From the NCBI RefSeq assembly GCF_009914755.1, contig NC_060938.1: a stretch of DNA of 64,000 nt, one strand, 5' to 3'. The notes below the pieces were generated by a model. That model did no database searches, was not told where the DNA came from, and saw only the letters and a list, made by a program, of their open reading frames with translations. This stretch comes from the human T2T-CHM13v2.0 reference genome, Homo sapiens. Shown here piece by piece: positions 1 through 21,631 of the stretch. Position 1 is the stretch's first letter. The number at the start of each line of letters is the position of its first letter. The position numbers were made by a program, and so were the translations under genes.

Positions 1-2508
<2,508 letters not shown>

Positions 2509-2866
2509 GTGCTATTGAAGGTGCCTGAGGAGGGATGTGGCATGATCCAGCCCATGTAGAGGACAGTAACTGGTAACCACAGGCAGAATTCATTACAGAA
2601 GGGAATCAGGTAAGAAATCATCAGAGATATGGGATCATTTAAAACAACTATTGATCCTCCAACTGGGTACACCAAAAGGGTAACTAGGATGATGCTATGA
2701 GGGAGGAAGATGAAACAAAAAAGCAGTTTCCCAGGTAGAAGCATCCATAAGGTCCAGGGCAGTGAGTTAAGGGTGCCACCACTTGCTCACAGTACGTTGA
2801 GTGAAACTCAGATGCAAAACTAGGTTTAGTATAATTACATATGTGTCAATGAAAAAAATGCATACA

Positions 2867-3175
2867 GGCTGGGCACAGTGGCTCACACTTGTAATCCCAG
2901 AACTTTGGGAGGCTGAGGTGGGTGGATCACTTGAGGTCAGCAGTTCAAGACCAGCCTGTGAGCATGGCCAACATGGTGAAACCCCATCTGTACTAAAAAC
3001 ACAAAAAATTAGCCAGGCGTGGTGGTGCACGCCTGTAATTCCAGCTACTCAGGAGGCTGAGACACTAGAATTGCTTGAACCCAGGAGCCTTTGCAATGAG
3101 CCAAGATCATGCCACTCCACTCCAGCCTGGGCAACAGAGCAAGACTGTCTCAAAAACAAAACAAAAAACAAATTT
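2867..3175 (+). mobile_element. Alu
   Basis: GGCTGGGCACAGTGGCTCAC...CCAGCCTGGGCAACAGAGC followed by an A-rich tail. Confidence 0.95.
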
Positions 3176-3669
3176 AAAAATGCATACGAAAAAGTGGAAA
3201 CATATACACAAAATGAGAACAATAATTGCCTTTAGGAGATGGGATTATAAATTTTTTTAACTTTCCTTTCTCTTGTTTACCTGCACTTGCTAAGGTTTGT
3301 GCAGTAAATATTTTACTTTTGGAGTCAGTTAAGTTTTGAAAAAGGCAGAAAAAGCCCACAACTGTAACAGGTTCGTCCTCTCCGTAGCAAAGCTGATTCA
3401 AACAGCAGTCTTTGAACACAGTAGTATCACGCTGGTTGGTATCGTCTCGGTAGCAGAATGAGAACACAAAATCATCTAGGGCAATAGGAGCAGCAATGTG
3501 TAGCAGAGAAAATAGCCCAAGTCAAATTTATGTCCAGCCAAGACCACTAATGAAAGCTGAAAACTAGCATCCTTGCTTCCTCTGCCCACCCCATCCCATC
3601 CCACCTTCACATACATCCGCCCACACCCATTAGCCAGAGCATTCCTTTGATGGCCTAAGTTAGATGTCG

Positions 3670-3835
3670 TCTATGCCCCAGGGCCTTTGCACCAGCTGGT
3701 CCTCAGGTGCCAGTGCTCTCTCCCAGTGTCTCACGTGGCTGACTCCTTTGTCAGGTCCCAGTTCAAATTTACCTTCTCAGAGCAACCTTCCCTGACCATC
3801 GTAGCTAATATAGCCAACACCCTCTAGCAGGCACC
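3670..3835. mobile_element. L2 fragment (appears to continue at ~10200-10340)
   Basis: CAGGGCCTTTGCAC...CCTTCTCAGAGCAACCTTCCCTGACC resembles the L2 3' region as I recall it. Confidence 0.6.
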
Positions 3836-3850
3836 CCATAGAGTCTAATC

Positions 3851-3986
3851 CAGCTTTGTCCATAGAATTTTCTGTGACAATAAGACTCTTCTGTGTCTAT
3901 GCTGTCAACTCGCCACATGTGGCTATAAGCACTCAAAATACGGCTAGTGTTAATTAAACATGGAATTTTACATTTTATTTCATTTT
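3851..3986 (+). mobile_element. MER3 (hAT-Charlie MITE), left half, split by L1
   Basis: CAGCTTTGTCCATAGAATTTTCTG...GCCACATGTGGCTATAAGCACTC...GGCTAGTG resembles the MER3 5' part. Confidence 0.75.
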
Positions 3987-10133
<6,147 letters not shown>

Positions 10134-10197
10134 TCATTTTCACTAATTGAAAAGTAAATGTCTATGTGGCAAGTGGCTAGCATAATAGACAGCATAG
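10134..10197 (+). mobile_element. MER3 right half
   Basis: ...ATGTGGCAAGTGGCTAGCATAATAGACAGCATAG resembles the MER3 3' end. Confidence 0.7.
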
Positions 10198-10523
10198 GCC
10201 AAACCATTACCCACTTGTTTCTGTTTTCATAGCATATCACTGTCTGAAATGATCTTTCTCAACTGTTTACAAATTTACAGTTTGTCTTCCCCCATTAGAA
10301 TGTAGGTTTTGGGACTGGACCCATCTGTTGTTAGTCATAAGCTAATTTACTGTGAGTTAGAACTCATTTACAAGCCTGTAGCACATGCTGTTACATACCT
10401 GAAATTGTAGGAAATTTTCATCTTCAAGTCTGGATTTGATATCTACAAGAGCCAAGAGTAATGTGTGTCAAGTTGCATAAGGTAGAGACTAATGTCTGGG
10501 TTTACTTCTGTTTAAGACAGCAG

Positions 10524-10828
10524 CACCGAACACAGGGCTCATGCCTGTAATCCTAGCACTTTGGGAGGCTGAGGCAGGTGGATTGCTTGAGCCCAGGAGT
10601 TCGAGACCAGCCTGGCCAACATGGCAGAACCCCATCTCTACTAAAAATACAAAAATTAGCCAGGCGTAATGGTGCACGCCTGTAATTCCAGCTGTAATTC
10701 CAGCTACTCAGGAGGCTGAGGCAAGAGAATCACTTGAACCCGGGAGGCAGAGGCTATAGTGAGCTCAGATCATGCCACTGCAATCCAGCCTGGGCGACAG
10801 AGCGAGACTCTGTCTAGAAAAAGAAAGC
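10524..10828 (+). mobile_element. Alu
   Basis: Dimeric Alu with a small internal duplication (TGTAATTCCAGC x2). Confidence 0.95.
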
Positions 10829-11766
10829 AAACTGGCAATGAAGTGAAGTAATAGCAACAAACTAGGGCAATAAAGTCATCAAAACTTATTATTCCAAAAA
10901 GATACTCTAAAAATCTGAGAAAAGCACATAGTTATAAAAGGTACATCACCTTCCAAAGTAAAGAACTATTCCTCAAAAAGGAAATTTGTTTGGCCATAAA
11001 ATTTATAACATTCATTCTAAGAAGGCAGCCTCATTGAATCAGTAATCAAAAGCCTCACAACAATGAAAAACTCAGGCTTAGATGGCATCATTGGTGAATT
11101 CTACCAAACATTTAAGGAATTTACACAAACCCTCCTCAAACTCTTCCACAAAATTGAAGAGGAGGGAACACTTCGTAGCTCATTCTATGAAGCTAGCATG
11201 ATACTAAATTCAGACAAAGACATTATAAAGAAAGAAAACTACAGACCAATATCTCTGATGAATATCAGTGCAACAAGCCTCAATAAAATACTAGCAAACA
11301 GAATTCAACGGCACATTAAAAGGATTATACCCCATGACCAAATGGGATTTATTCTTGGAATGCAAGAATGGTTCAACATACAAAAATCAATCACTGTAAC
11401 ACACTACATTAACAGAATGAAGGAAAACAACCCCATGATTATCTCAATTGGTGCATAAAAGGCATTTGCTAAAATTCAACATATTTTCATTATAAAAAAA
11501 AACACCCAATAAACTAGGATTAGAAGAAAACCACCCCAATATAATGAGGGTTGTACATAAACAGCCAACAACTAACATCATACTTAATGGTGAAAGACTG
11601 AAAGTTTTTCCTCTAGGATTAGAAATGAGGTAAAGATGCTTATTTTGCCACTGTTATTCAACATAGCACTGGAAGTCCTACACAGAACAATTAAACAAGA
11701 AAAAGAAATCAAGGCATCCAAATTGGAAAGGAAGAAGTAAAATTGTTTCCACTTGCAGATGATAAG

Positions 11767-11769
<3 letters not shown>

Positions 11770-11805
<36 letters not shown>

Positions 11806-11820
11806 ACACACAAACACATA
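11770..11820. repeat. (CA)n microsatellite
   Basis: Seen directly. Confidence 0.95.
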
Positions 11821-13191
11821 AAACAAATCCTGTTAGAACTAATCAATGAGTTCAGCAAAGTTGCAGGATACCAAATCAACCCACAAAATCAGTTGTGTTT
11901 CTTACACTAAAAATGAAGAATCCAAAAGGGAAATTAAGAAAACAATTCCATTTACAACAGCATAAAAAGAATAAAATTATCAGGAATAAACTTAACCAAG
12001 GAGGCAAAAGACTTGTACACTGGAAACTACAAAATGTTGCTGAAAAAAATTAAAGACAACTAAATGGAAATACATCCTGTGTTCATGAGTTTGGAAGGCT
12101 TAATAGTTAAGGTGTTCATGCTACCCAATGTGACCTATATATTTAATGCAATTCATACCAAAATTCTAATGGCAGTTTTTGCAGAGGAAAACTCCACCTT
12201 AAAATTCATATGGAATCTAAAGGGATGCTGAATAGCCACAACAGTCTTGGAAAAGAAGACCAAAGTTGGAGGACTCACACTTCCTGATTTCAAAACATAC
12301 TACAGACATCAAAACAGTGTGGTACTGGGATAAAGACAGATATATAGACCAATGTAATAGAATAGAGAGCACAGAAACAAAATGTCAAATGATTTTTGAA
12401 AAAGGTGCCAAGACCAATCAATGGGGAAAGGACAGTCTCTTCAACAAATGGTGCTGTGAAAATTGGATATGCAATGCAAAAGAATGAAGTTGGACCCTTA
12501 CCCTATACCATACACAAAAATCAACTCAAAATGAACCAAAGACCTAAATATGGGAGCTAAAACTGTAAAACTCTTAGAAGAAAACATAGGGGAAAAGCCT
12601 CATGACATTGGATTTGGCAATGATTTCTTGGATTTGACACCAAAAGCACAGGTAACAAAAGTAAAAATAGATAAATTGGACTACATCAAAATTTAAAATT
12701 CCTGTAAATCAAAGGATATAATTAACAGACTGAAAGGCAACCTACAGAATAGGAGAGAAAATATTTGTAGATCATATATCTGATAAGGAATTAATATCCA
12801 GAATATATAAAGAATTACTACAATACAACAACAACAGCAGGAAGAAAAAACAAATAACCCAATTTAAAAATAGGCAAAGGACTTGAATAGACATTCCTCC
12901 AAAGAGGATATACAAGTGGCCAAAAAGCATATGAAAAGATGCTCAACATCACTAATCATTATGGAAATACAAATCAAAACCATAATGAGATATCATCTCA
13001 CACCTATTAGGATGGCTACTACTGAAAAAACAAAACATAACAAGTGTTGGTGAGGATGTGGAGAAAGGGGAACCTTGTATATGGTTGGTAGCAATATAAA
13101 ATGGTGCAGGCTCTATAGAAAATAATATGGAGGCTCCTCAAAAAATTAAAAATAGAATTACCATATGATTGAAGAATTCCACTTCTGGGTA

Positions 13192-13580
13192 TGATACGGT
13201 TTGGCTCTGTGTCTCTACCCAAATCTCATGTAAAACTGTAATCCCCACATGTTGGAGGAGGGACCTGGTGGGAGGTGATTGACTCATGGGGTTGTATTTC
13301 CCCCTTGTTGTTCTTGTGATAGTGAGTTCTCACGAGATCTGGTTGTTTAAAAGTGTGTAGCACCTCCCCCTTCTCTCTCTCTCTCCTGCCACCATGTGAA
13401 GACGTGCTTGCTTCCCCTTCACCCTTCTGCCATGATTGTAAGTTTTGTGAGGTGCCCCCACCCCCCATAGCCATGCCTTCTGTACAGCCTGCAGAACTGT
13501 GAGTCAATTAAATCTATTTTCTTTATAAATTACCCAGTCTCAGGCAGTTCTTTATAGTAGTGTGAGAATAAACTAATCCA
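13192..13580 (+). mobile_element. MST solo LTR (MaLR)
   Basis: TGATACGGTTTGGCTCTGTG...AACTAATCCA with 5-bp TSD-like flanks GGGTA/GGGTT. Confidence 0.9.
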
Positions 13581-13646
13581 GGGTTATATACCCAAAAGAA
13601 TTGAAAGCAGGGTCTCAAAGACATATTTGCACACCCATGTTAATAG

Positions 13647-14146
13647 TATGGAATTAGACCACTACTTCTCCTGCTGACCTTCTCATCTTTTCCACACCCC
13701 CCATCCCCGTTTCCCTAGTTTATAAGACAGGAGAAAAAGGAGAAAGCAAAAAGTTGGAAAGAAACAGAAGTAAGATAAATAGCTAGATGACCTTGGCGCT
13801 ACCACCTGGCCCTGGTGGTTAAAATAATAATAATAATATTAACCCCTGACCAAAACTACTTGTGTTAGCTGTAAATTCCAGACATTGTATGAGAAAGTAC
13901 TGTAAAACTTTTGGTTCTGTTAGCTGATGCATGTAGCCCCCAGTCACATTGCCCACGCTTGCTTGACCTATCACGACCCTTTCACATGTACCCCTTAGAG
14001 TTGTAAGCCCTTAAAAAGGCCAGGAATTTCTTTTTCCAGGAGCTCGGCTCTTAAGATGTAAGTCTGCCAATGCTCCCAGCCAAATAAACCTCTTCCTTCT
14101 TTAATCTGGTGTCTGAGGAGTTTTGCCTGTGGCTTGCCCTGCTACA
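13647..14146 (+). mobile_element. ERV1 solo LTR, LTR2 family (LTR2B-like; HERV-E/Harlequin group)
   Basis: 500 bp with AATAAA in CAAATAAACC and a 3' end GTGTCTGAGGAGTTTTG...CCTGCTACA; perfect 4-bp TSD ATAG (13643-13646 / 14147-14150). Confidence 0.8.
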
Positions 14147-15003
14147 ATAGCAGCATTGTTCACAATAGCCAAGAGGTGGAAGCATCCAAAGTGTCCACCT
14201 ACAGATGAATGAATAAACAATACAATACATGAATATTCATACAATGGAATATCAGCCTTAAAAAGGAAGGAAATTCTGACACATGCTACAACATGGATGA
14301 ACCTTGAGGATATTATGCTAAGTGAAATAAGCCAATCGCAAAAGGACAAATACTGCATAATTCCACATTTGAGGCACCTGGAGTAGTCAGTCATTGAGAC
14401 AGAAAGTAGAATGGTGGTTGCCAGGGGCTGGAGAGGGGCAATGAGGAGCGGTTCGGTTGGAACAGATATGAGTTTGGGAAGATGAAAGTTCTGTAGGTGG
14501 ATGGTGATGATGTTTGCACAACAATGTGAATGTATTTAACATCTTAGAACTGTACACTTAAAAAGGTTAAGATAGTAAATTTTATGCTGTATGTATTTTG
14601 TCATAATTTTACAAAATTAAAGGCAGTCTCATTAGTTCTCTGTTATAACTTGGATGCCAGTTCATGCAGAAAGGCAATCTCTTCAGGTCTCGCAGGATGG
14701 AGTAGTGACCTGGAAGAGAATCCTGCTCACTGGAGCAGGGCGCTGCTCTCTTTTGAAGATGCAGTGGAGGTTGTCTCTTTCTCCACACAAAGGGCAGGAA
14801 AGACGACAATGGCAGGGTGTGGGGGGAGAGGCAGTGAAGTGCATTCAGCAAACTGTGGAGTTCCATCCAGATCAAGAAATTCTCCTTACATGAAGTCTGT
14901 GGTACAGTTCTGGCTTTCATGCCCACTGTCTTCTGTGATGCTCTTGGTAACCAGCAGAGAGGGCAGGGCAGGTTGTGTCATATCTGCTTTTCGTGAGTTT
15001 AGA

Positions 15004-15218
15004 CAGGGGTTCTCCACCTCAGCACTATTATCTTTTGGGCCAGAGGATTCTGTTGTGTGTGGCTGTCCTGTGCATTGTTGGATGTATAGTGGCATCCCTG
15101 GCTTCTACCCACTAGATGCCAGTAGCCCTCCCTACCCACCCAGTTGTGACAACCAAAAATGTCTCCAGACATCACCAATGACCCCTGGGGGGCAGAATCA
15201 CCCGTTTCAGAACCATTA
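15004..15218. mobile_element. MER20 DNA transposon
   Basis: CATCCCTGGCTTCTACCCACTAGATGCCAGTAG...GTTGTGACAACCAAAAATGTCTCCAGACA. Confidence 0.85.
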
Positions 15219-16852
15219 GGTTAAAAGTTTTGAGACTCACACAGAGTCTGCACAAACCCAAGTCTTCTAATTCCAGATCTCCCATTCCACCATGACACCA
15301 AGTTATTCTCCACCTAAGGCCCCCTTGACAGCCACTCCTCACCCTTCTCCTCCCTAGAGCAGGACATCAAGGGATGCCTCGCTGGGCTCGCTGGGCTTCC
15401 TGGCCCTCTGGCTCAAGTGGGTCAGCAAAATGGGAGCCACTGGTGAGAGAGAGGAGGGGAGAAGCAAGAGGGTGGGGTGTGTCTTCACCTGTCCTGGCCC
15501 CCCTCCCTGCACACCGATGGGGACTATGACAATGAGTTGGCTACACCAGGCTCTGGCATGACCTCTGCCTCCCCCTGCCCAGTGAGGCCTGGGAACAAGG
15601 ACAGCTCCCACAGCCACAGCCCCTGCCTGCTTCCCACTGCCTCGTCCCTGGTGTGACCCTTGCATGCCTCTGTGCATGGACCTTTCATTCATTTATTTCC
15701 AATTAAACACTTCTGACTGGCTCATCTGTTCCAGCCTGTTAAAACCAATCACCCCAAACTTAGGACAAGAACTAAAAGTCAGCACTTGAACACGCTGCAG
15801 CTGATTATCCACACCCTCCCTTCCAGCAAGCTCTCTGCTGCTCTATTGAATACGTCTCCCCTCTCTGAAAGCCCCTAATCCTGCTCGCTAATGCTCTTAC
15901 GGTGTGCTTCTCCCACCACCTTGGGTTAAGTTATTTCTGTCCCATCTTATCTCCTCCACTGGACTTAGGGATTTGGGAGGAAAAAAGAAAGGGATTGTAT
16001 TTCACTCCATTTATATGAAAATGAATTATTTTGTGTTGTTTTCCATTTTTCTTCAATACTTGGATACAAAATTTTATTAAGATATTTTTAGAATTATTTT
16101 GAACTTTCACAGTTTTTAGAATAATCTATGAAATTTTCAGTTTTGGAAACTTTCACAGATTTCTTTCTACCTTTTGGATCTCATTGGGAAAGTACTCCAG
16201 GCACTCGTGGCATTACTCTCAGCTGTTGGGGACTAACTGGCTCACGGCATTTTTCAGAGCTCTACAGGGGCCAAACAAGATGCCCGGCTTAGTCTAATAA
16301 GCTCTCTGGGTGCCCTTGGGCCTGAAAATACTAACTTTTGGGTATTTTCTTGGACTCCTCAGAACCGAATGGCACCTCACTTCAAATCATGGTCCACTTG
16401 TTAAACTTACTGAGTGCTTGATACGTGCCTAGAGTGTGATCCGCACTCTTAATATATGGATAATTAATTCAAATGTAATCTGACTTAACATACTCTCTAC
16501 TCCAACTCTGCAGGCAAATTTGTAGTGGAAGGAGTCTGGTGCATGAATAAATAGATACAAATTCAGTACAAAATGCGTGTTTCATGACATTTTCATGGAA
16601 AGGAAGTGAGGAAAGTTGGGAGGAGTAGATGTGATGAACATCTAGTTTTCGGGGAGGCCTCAGGGATGCCTGAAAGGAAGTCACTACCCAATCCAGGTAG
16701 CCCTGGGCCAGGAGAGGTGAGGAGGAGGGGCTGAGCACCTGGGGGAGCTAGTGACACAGACAGAGGAGGGCCCATAAGCACACCACAAAGCTGGAGAAAG
16801 ACAGCAGTTAAAGAAAGGCGGCATAAAGTCAGAAACAAGTCTGAGATGCAAC

Positions 16853-17084
16853 AGTGTCTCGCTCTGTTACCCAGGCTGGAGTTCAGCGGCATGATCACGG
16901 CTCACTGCAGCCTCCATCTGCAGTGATGGCTCAAGCAATCCTCCTGCCTCAGCTTCCTGAGTGGCTGGGACCACAGACGCGTGCCACCACGCCCAGGCTG
17001 CTCTTGAACTTCTGGGCTCAAGCAATCCTCCCGCCTTGGCCTCCCAAAGTGCTGGGATTATAGGCGTGAGCCACCACACCCAGC
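16853..17084 (-). mobile_element. Alu (AluJ-like, internally deleted)
   Basis: Reverse-complement Alu sequence. Confidence 0.9.
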
Positions 17085-17656
17085 TAGAATTAGTTTCTTC
17101 AAATGCTAGGCACTGAGTAACACAGAATGCCTAAGACATGATCACTGCCCCTAGGAAGCTCAGCTGAATATCCAAGTATGCAAGACTGCCTGGATGCCCA
17201 GAAGGCCTAGGAATGACATGAAGAAACCTAAGCCCACAAGCCGGGGTCTGTGAGAGCCAAGAGAGAAGGCTTTCTGGGCAGGGTGACCAAAGCTGCAGCC
17301 TGGCAGGCAGGGCAGCTCTACACCAGCCTCAGAGGAGCAGGCAGGGCCTACTGTGCTGCAGGCATCTTCACAGAGAAGACGCAGGAAGGGCTTCTGAGGG
17401 CAGACGCAGGGAAGGGTGCGGGGCTGATTCTCAGTCAAGGGCCATCTTCTCTCTGCCCTGCTCATATGTGCCACTGATGGTATCCAGAGTGAAGCAGTGA
17501 ACAGTGTAGGGCTGCGGCTGGTGGCTGCAGTGAGGTCAAAGACCTCAGTCCTCTGGGAACCTCTCTGATCCTCCAGAGACCTCAGGGGCACAAATAAAGC
17601 AATCCAACATACAGAGAAGACAGACATGGAAAAAGTATGTTTGGGTTTTTAGAGAC

Positions 17657-18071
17657 TGTATTAGTCCATTCTTGCATCACTATATACAAATACCTGAGAT
17701 TGGGTAATTTATAAAGAAAAGAGGTTTAATTGGCTCATGGTTCTGCAGGCTGTACAGGAAGCCTGGTGTTAGCATCTGCTCAGCTTCTGGTGAAGCCTCA
17801 GGGAGTTTTCGTTCATGGTGGAAGGCGAAGGGGGAGCAGGCACTTCACATGGTGAAAGCAGGCTCAAGGTGGGGGGAGGTGCCACATACTTTTAAATAAC
17901 TAAATTTCATGTGAACTCCAAGCGAGAGCTCACTTATCACCAAGGGGATGGCCCAAGCCATTCATGAGGCATCTTCCTCCGTGATTCAAACACTTCCCAG
18001 CAGGCCCACCTCCCATCGGTGATTACATTTCAACATGGATTTGGGTGGGGATAAATATCCTAACTATATCA
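17657..18071 (-). mobile_element. MST solo LTR
   Basis: TGTATTAGTCCATT...CTAACTATATCA termini. Confidence 0.85.
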
Positions 18072-18559
18072 GGGACCATCTCAAAAAAGTGTCCCAGAGG
18101 AGCAGGGGTTGGAAGAAAAGGAGTTTTGTGTGATGCGAGCAGTGCCTTCATGAACATGGAATGTGGGGCCATCCTGGAAGAGGTAACCCTCAGCCACACA
18201 CACACACACACACCCACATAATGGCTTTATATCCTATCTCAATAGCTTGTCCTGAATCCCTTCTTTTGGGAGCAGGAGCTATATCTATCTTTAGCGTTCC
18301 TGTAAATACCACAGCACCTAAGACACTGCATGAAACCCAGTGTGTTCTACGGGTAGTCGGTAACTAACTGTCCTTAAAGATGGTCCTCCCTAATGTGGGC
18401 AAATGAAGCCAGTCCAATGGCCAGTGACGTACACATGCAGTTGTACAGGTAATGGTGTTGAGTCAGATTTCTCTGGTTGCTATGGTTTCAAGGTCACTGG
18501 ATGTTAATCAGGCAGCTTTGCTTGTACCCTGTCCCTATGCTTTCCCTAAAACTCTAAAC

Positions 18560-19310
18560 TGACCTGAGAAACCTCTAACCTGACATGCAACTAGTCCTCT
18601 ATGCTATATTTCCAGTTGCCATCTTGGACACCTCTACCTACATTTTGCGGACACAGCAACGTGTCCCAAACTGGAATCTTGTTCCCTTGCAAACCTGCCC
18701 TCCACTTGCATCCCTTCCTCATCATTCACTGTGTTGCCCAAACTACAAGCATGAGCATTCGCTTTTTATCCTCGATTCTGGCTCTCTGTCGCGTCGGCGA
18801 TCCTTCCCCCCGTTGCTGTGGAGATGCCTCCCTGGCACGCACCTGAACCATAGCTGGATGCTGATTGCTCTTTCTGCCTCCTGCTTTTACTTCCACCCTC
18901 ACCTCCTCCACACTCCTGCCACCGATGTCTTCTAAAATGCAAATGTGAGTACATCACTCCCCACTTCAGTATCTGTCAGTGACCCTGAAATGCATTCAAA
19001 AAGAAGTACAATATCTTGGCAAGGTCTACCAGTCTTAATTCAGCGTCGCTGTTCCTTCAGTCTCATCTCCGGCCATAACAAAACGTCCTGTGCAGTGCTC
19101 TGTCATGCTTCCAAGCCTGACCCCCCTCACCCCAGTCCTGTAGACTTGTCACATGTCATGTCCTTCTGATTGCTGGTTTTTTCTATTTCCATGCAAGCAT
19201 GTGAACTGCTTGAGGACAAGGGTAGTGCCTTGTTCACCATGAAATTTCTGGCATCATGCTTTGCACATAGTAGTTATCCAACAAATGTGGGTCGAATGAA
19301 TGAATTGTAT
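18560..19310. mobile_element. L2 fragments
   Basis: Degenerate L2 3' region ending ...CAAATGTGGGTCGAATGAATGAA. Confidence 0.6.
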
Positions 19311-20233
19311 GCAACACCGGATCAGGAGATATGATACAAGGATTTGGGTGGCAAAGGATTGTCTCAGAGATGCCTCTAAGCCTCCCTAAGAGTTCATGGC
19401 CATAAACCAATAGTTTCAGAGCTACTCCTTTTTGATATGGATATATCCTGGACTTATTAAATTGACAGCACATATTTTATTTTTAAAATGTTATTAAGTT
19501 AACTAGGGGCATCGCTCTATCCTCAAAATTGTTTTGGAGACACCATTAACCCACTTAAATTATTAATAAAAAAGCCACTTATTCCGCACAAATAGTTGAG
19601 ACTGTCCTGCTTACCTACAGATATTCGTCTAAGAGCCGGCAGACATTCAGATACCCGCAGACAGAACTTACTTTCTGGACCTCCCACAACATTCCTCCCT
19701 TTAGATCTTTTTTTTCTTACCCCGTCTTTCAGCTTTCTCATTGCAGAACTGCTGAGAATAATGGAAAATGCTTTGCCTGGAAACTTCCAAGAACAAAACT
19801 CCGGGGGCTAAGAGAACGCGATGATTTTTAAGCTGCCAGTTAAGATGCAGCTCCTTCATCATCACAGGTGAAGCACCAATGCCTCTCGCACGTGAAATCC
19901 GTACGCTCCTAGAGTCTTACTACCTAATGCATTTCTGCAATCTGGGACGCCTGTCCTTAGCGTCTTCAATAGTTTTGGGCACGAGGTGGACCGCGGAAGT
20001 ATTGTATTGAAAAGTTAACGTTTTTCCCTTGGACACCCTCTCCTCACAGCTATTAACAAGCTGAGAGAAATCAGGTGACTCCCAGTCATGCAGAGGTTTC
20101 CTCACCATTTATGATCAAGCCAAATTAAAGAATAAAAATAAAATCCTATTGGCGCAGCGGCCACCAAGTCTTTGAGGCCTCGCCTCGGTGGGCGGGGCCG
20201 ACGCCGGAGGAGAGGGGCTGCGCATGTGGGCGT

Positions 20234-20455
20234 GACCTCGCGGAAGGAGCTGCGGAGGGCGGGGCCGACTGGAGAGGGGCGGGGCTGTCGGGTGGGTGGG
20301 ACCTCGCGGCAAAAGCTGCGGAGGGCGGGACCAACCAGGAAAGGACGGGACTGTCGGGTAGGCGGGACCTTGCGGGAGAAACTGCGGAGGGCGGGACCAA
20401 CCAGGGAGGGGCGGGCTGTCGGATGGGCGGGACCTCGCGGGAGGAGCTGCGGAAA
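20234..20455. repeat. GC-rich tandem repeat, ~66-bp unit x ~3.4
   Basis: GACCT(C/T)GCGG...CTGCGG recurs at 20234, 20300, 20366 and 20431. Confidence 0.85.
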
Positions 20456-20468
20456 GCTGAGCTGGTGA

Positions 20469-20845
20469 GGGGAGGGGCTGGTCGAGGGGAGGGGCTGGTC
20501 GAGGGGAGGGGCTGGCCGAGGGAAGGGGCCGGCCGAGGGGAGGGGCCGGTCGAGGGGAGGGGCCGGTCAAGGGGAGGGCCCGGCCAAGGGGAGGGGCCGG
20601 TCGAGGGGAGGGGCCGGTCGAGGAGAGGGGTTGGTCGAGGGGAAGGGCTGGCCGAGGGGAGGGGCTGGCCGAGGGAAGAGGAGGGGAGGGGACGGGCTGG
20701 TCGAGGGGAGGGGAGGGGAGGGCAGGGGACGGGCTGGTCGAGAGAAGGGGAGGGCAGGGGACGGGGTGGTCGAGGGGAGGGGACGGAGGGGAGGGGAGTG
20801 GAGGGAGAGGAGGGAAGGGGAGGGGAGGGAAGGGAGGGGAGGCGG
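20469..20845. repeat. G-rich minisatellite, 17-bp unit GGGGAGGGGCYGGYCGA, decaying into GGAGG low complexity
   Basis: Seen directly; about a dozen clear units. Confidence 0.85.
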
Positions 20846-21414
20846 GGCCCAGCGGTGTCCCGCGAAACTGCCGCTCGCTCGGTTCCCGGGCCTCCCCGTG
20901 CGCCTCAGTGCAAAGCGTGCCAGGCACTCTTGACTGCAACGAGAGCCGCGGCGGTGAGGGGGCAAGGCCAAGAGGCCACGGTTCGCGTTTCGCCGGCTGC
21001 AGAAGTTGTTGCCATACATTTCAAATGTGCATTTCCTACGTCTCACGCTCTGTCTTGCGCCTCCACAGCGGGCCACGGCCCTGTCACCGCAGTCGCAGCC
21101 ACATGCTCCCTCCCCTGAGTCGGCTCAGCTCTGCTCAGCGGTCAGCCCCGCGCCAGGAGGCCGCGGCCTGCCTGAGGCCGGCTCGCAGCGACTCGGGACG
21201 GAGGGCGGGGGCGTGAACGGGTCGCGCGGAGAGGGTGGGGGGAGCGGGGAGCGTTAGGGTACGTGGGGGCGCGTCGACCAATGGCAGGGCGCTGTTGAGT
21301 GCAGCGGGGCGGGGCCGGGCGCGGGGGTGGGGCGAGCGGCGGGCGGGGCGGGGCGGCCGGCCGGGGGGTGGGAGGAGAGGGGCGGGGCGGGCCGGCCGGG
21401 GGAGGGGCGGAGAG

Positions 21415-21416
<2 letters not shown>

Positions 21417-21446
<30 letters not shown>

Positions 21447-21620
21447 GCCGCCGTGGCTGCCGCAGCCTCTGGGAGTCTGGAAAAGGGGAAGCGAGAGCAA
21501 GCGAAAGACTCAGTCCCCGGGCGGCGGCGGCGGCGGCGGCCGCGGGGGCGCGACGGCCGGGGCGGGGGCGCTGCTGCTGCGGGGGCAGGCGGCGGCAGGG
21601 GCGGCGGCGGCGGCGGCGGC
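21417..21620 (+). repeat. Triplet repeats upstream of the ATG (probable 5'UTR): (GCC)2GCT(GCC)9 at 21417-21452, (GGC)7 at 21520-21540, (GGC)7 at 21600-21620
   Basis: Seen directly upstream of the ATG at 21632. Confidence 0.95.
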
Positions 21621-21631
21621 CCGCTCCAGCC

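Larger units (their letters stand above)
11036..14620 (+). mobile_element. Old 5'-truncated L1 (L1MB-like) ORF2 and 3'UTR, interrupted by two LTRs
   Basis: Degenerate ORF2 peptides (GEFYQTFKE..., [10 protein letters not shown]...) and an L1MB-type 3' end (GGTGGTTGCCAGGGGCTGG...GTAAATTTTATG). Confidence 0.9.

Noticed and set aside
14584-15219. 211-aa ORF
   Set aside because: It starts in an L1 3' tail and ends in MER20, with no recognisable domain or exon structure.
20234-20845. Regularly spaced repeats as a CRISPR-like array
   Set aside because: The units are contiguous degenerate tandem repeats without unique spacers, the context is eukaryotic, and there are no cas genes.
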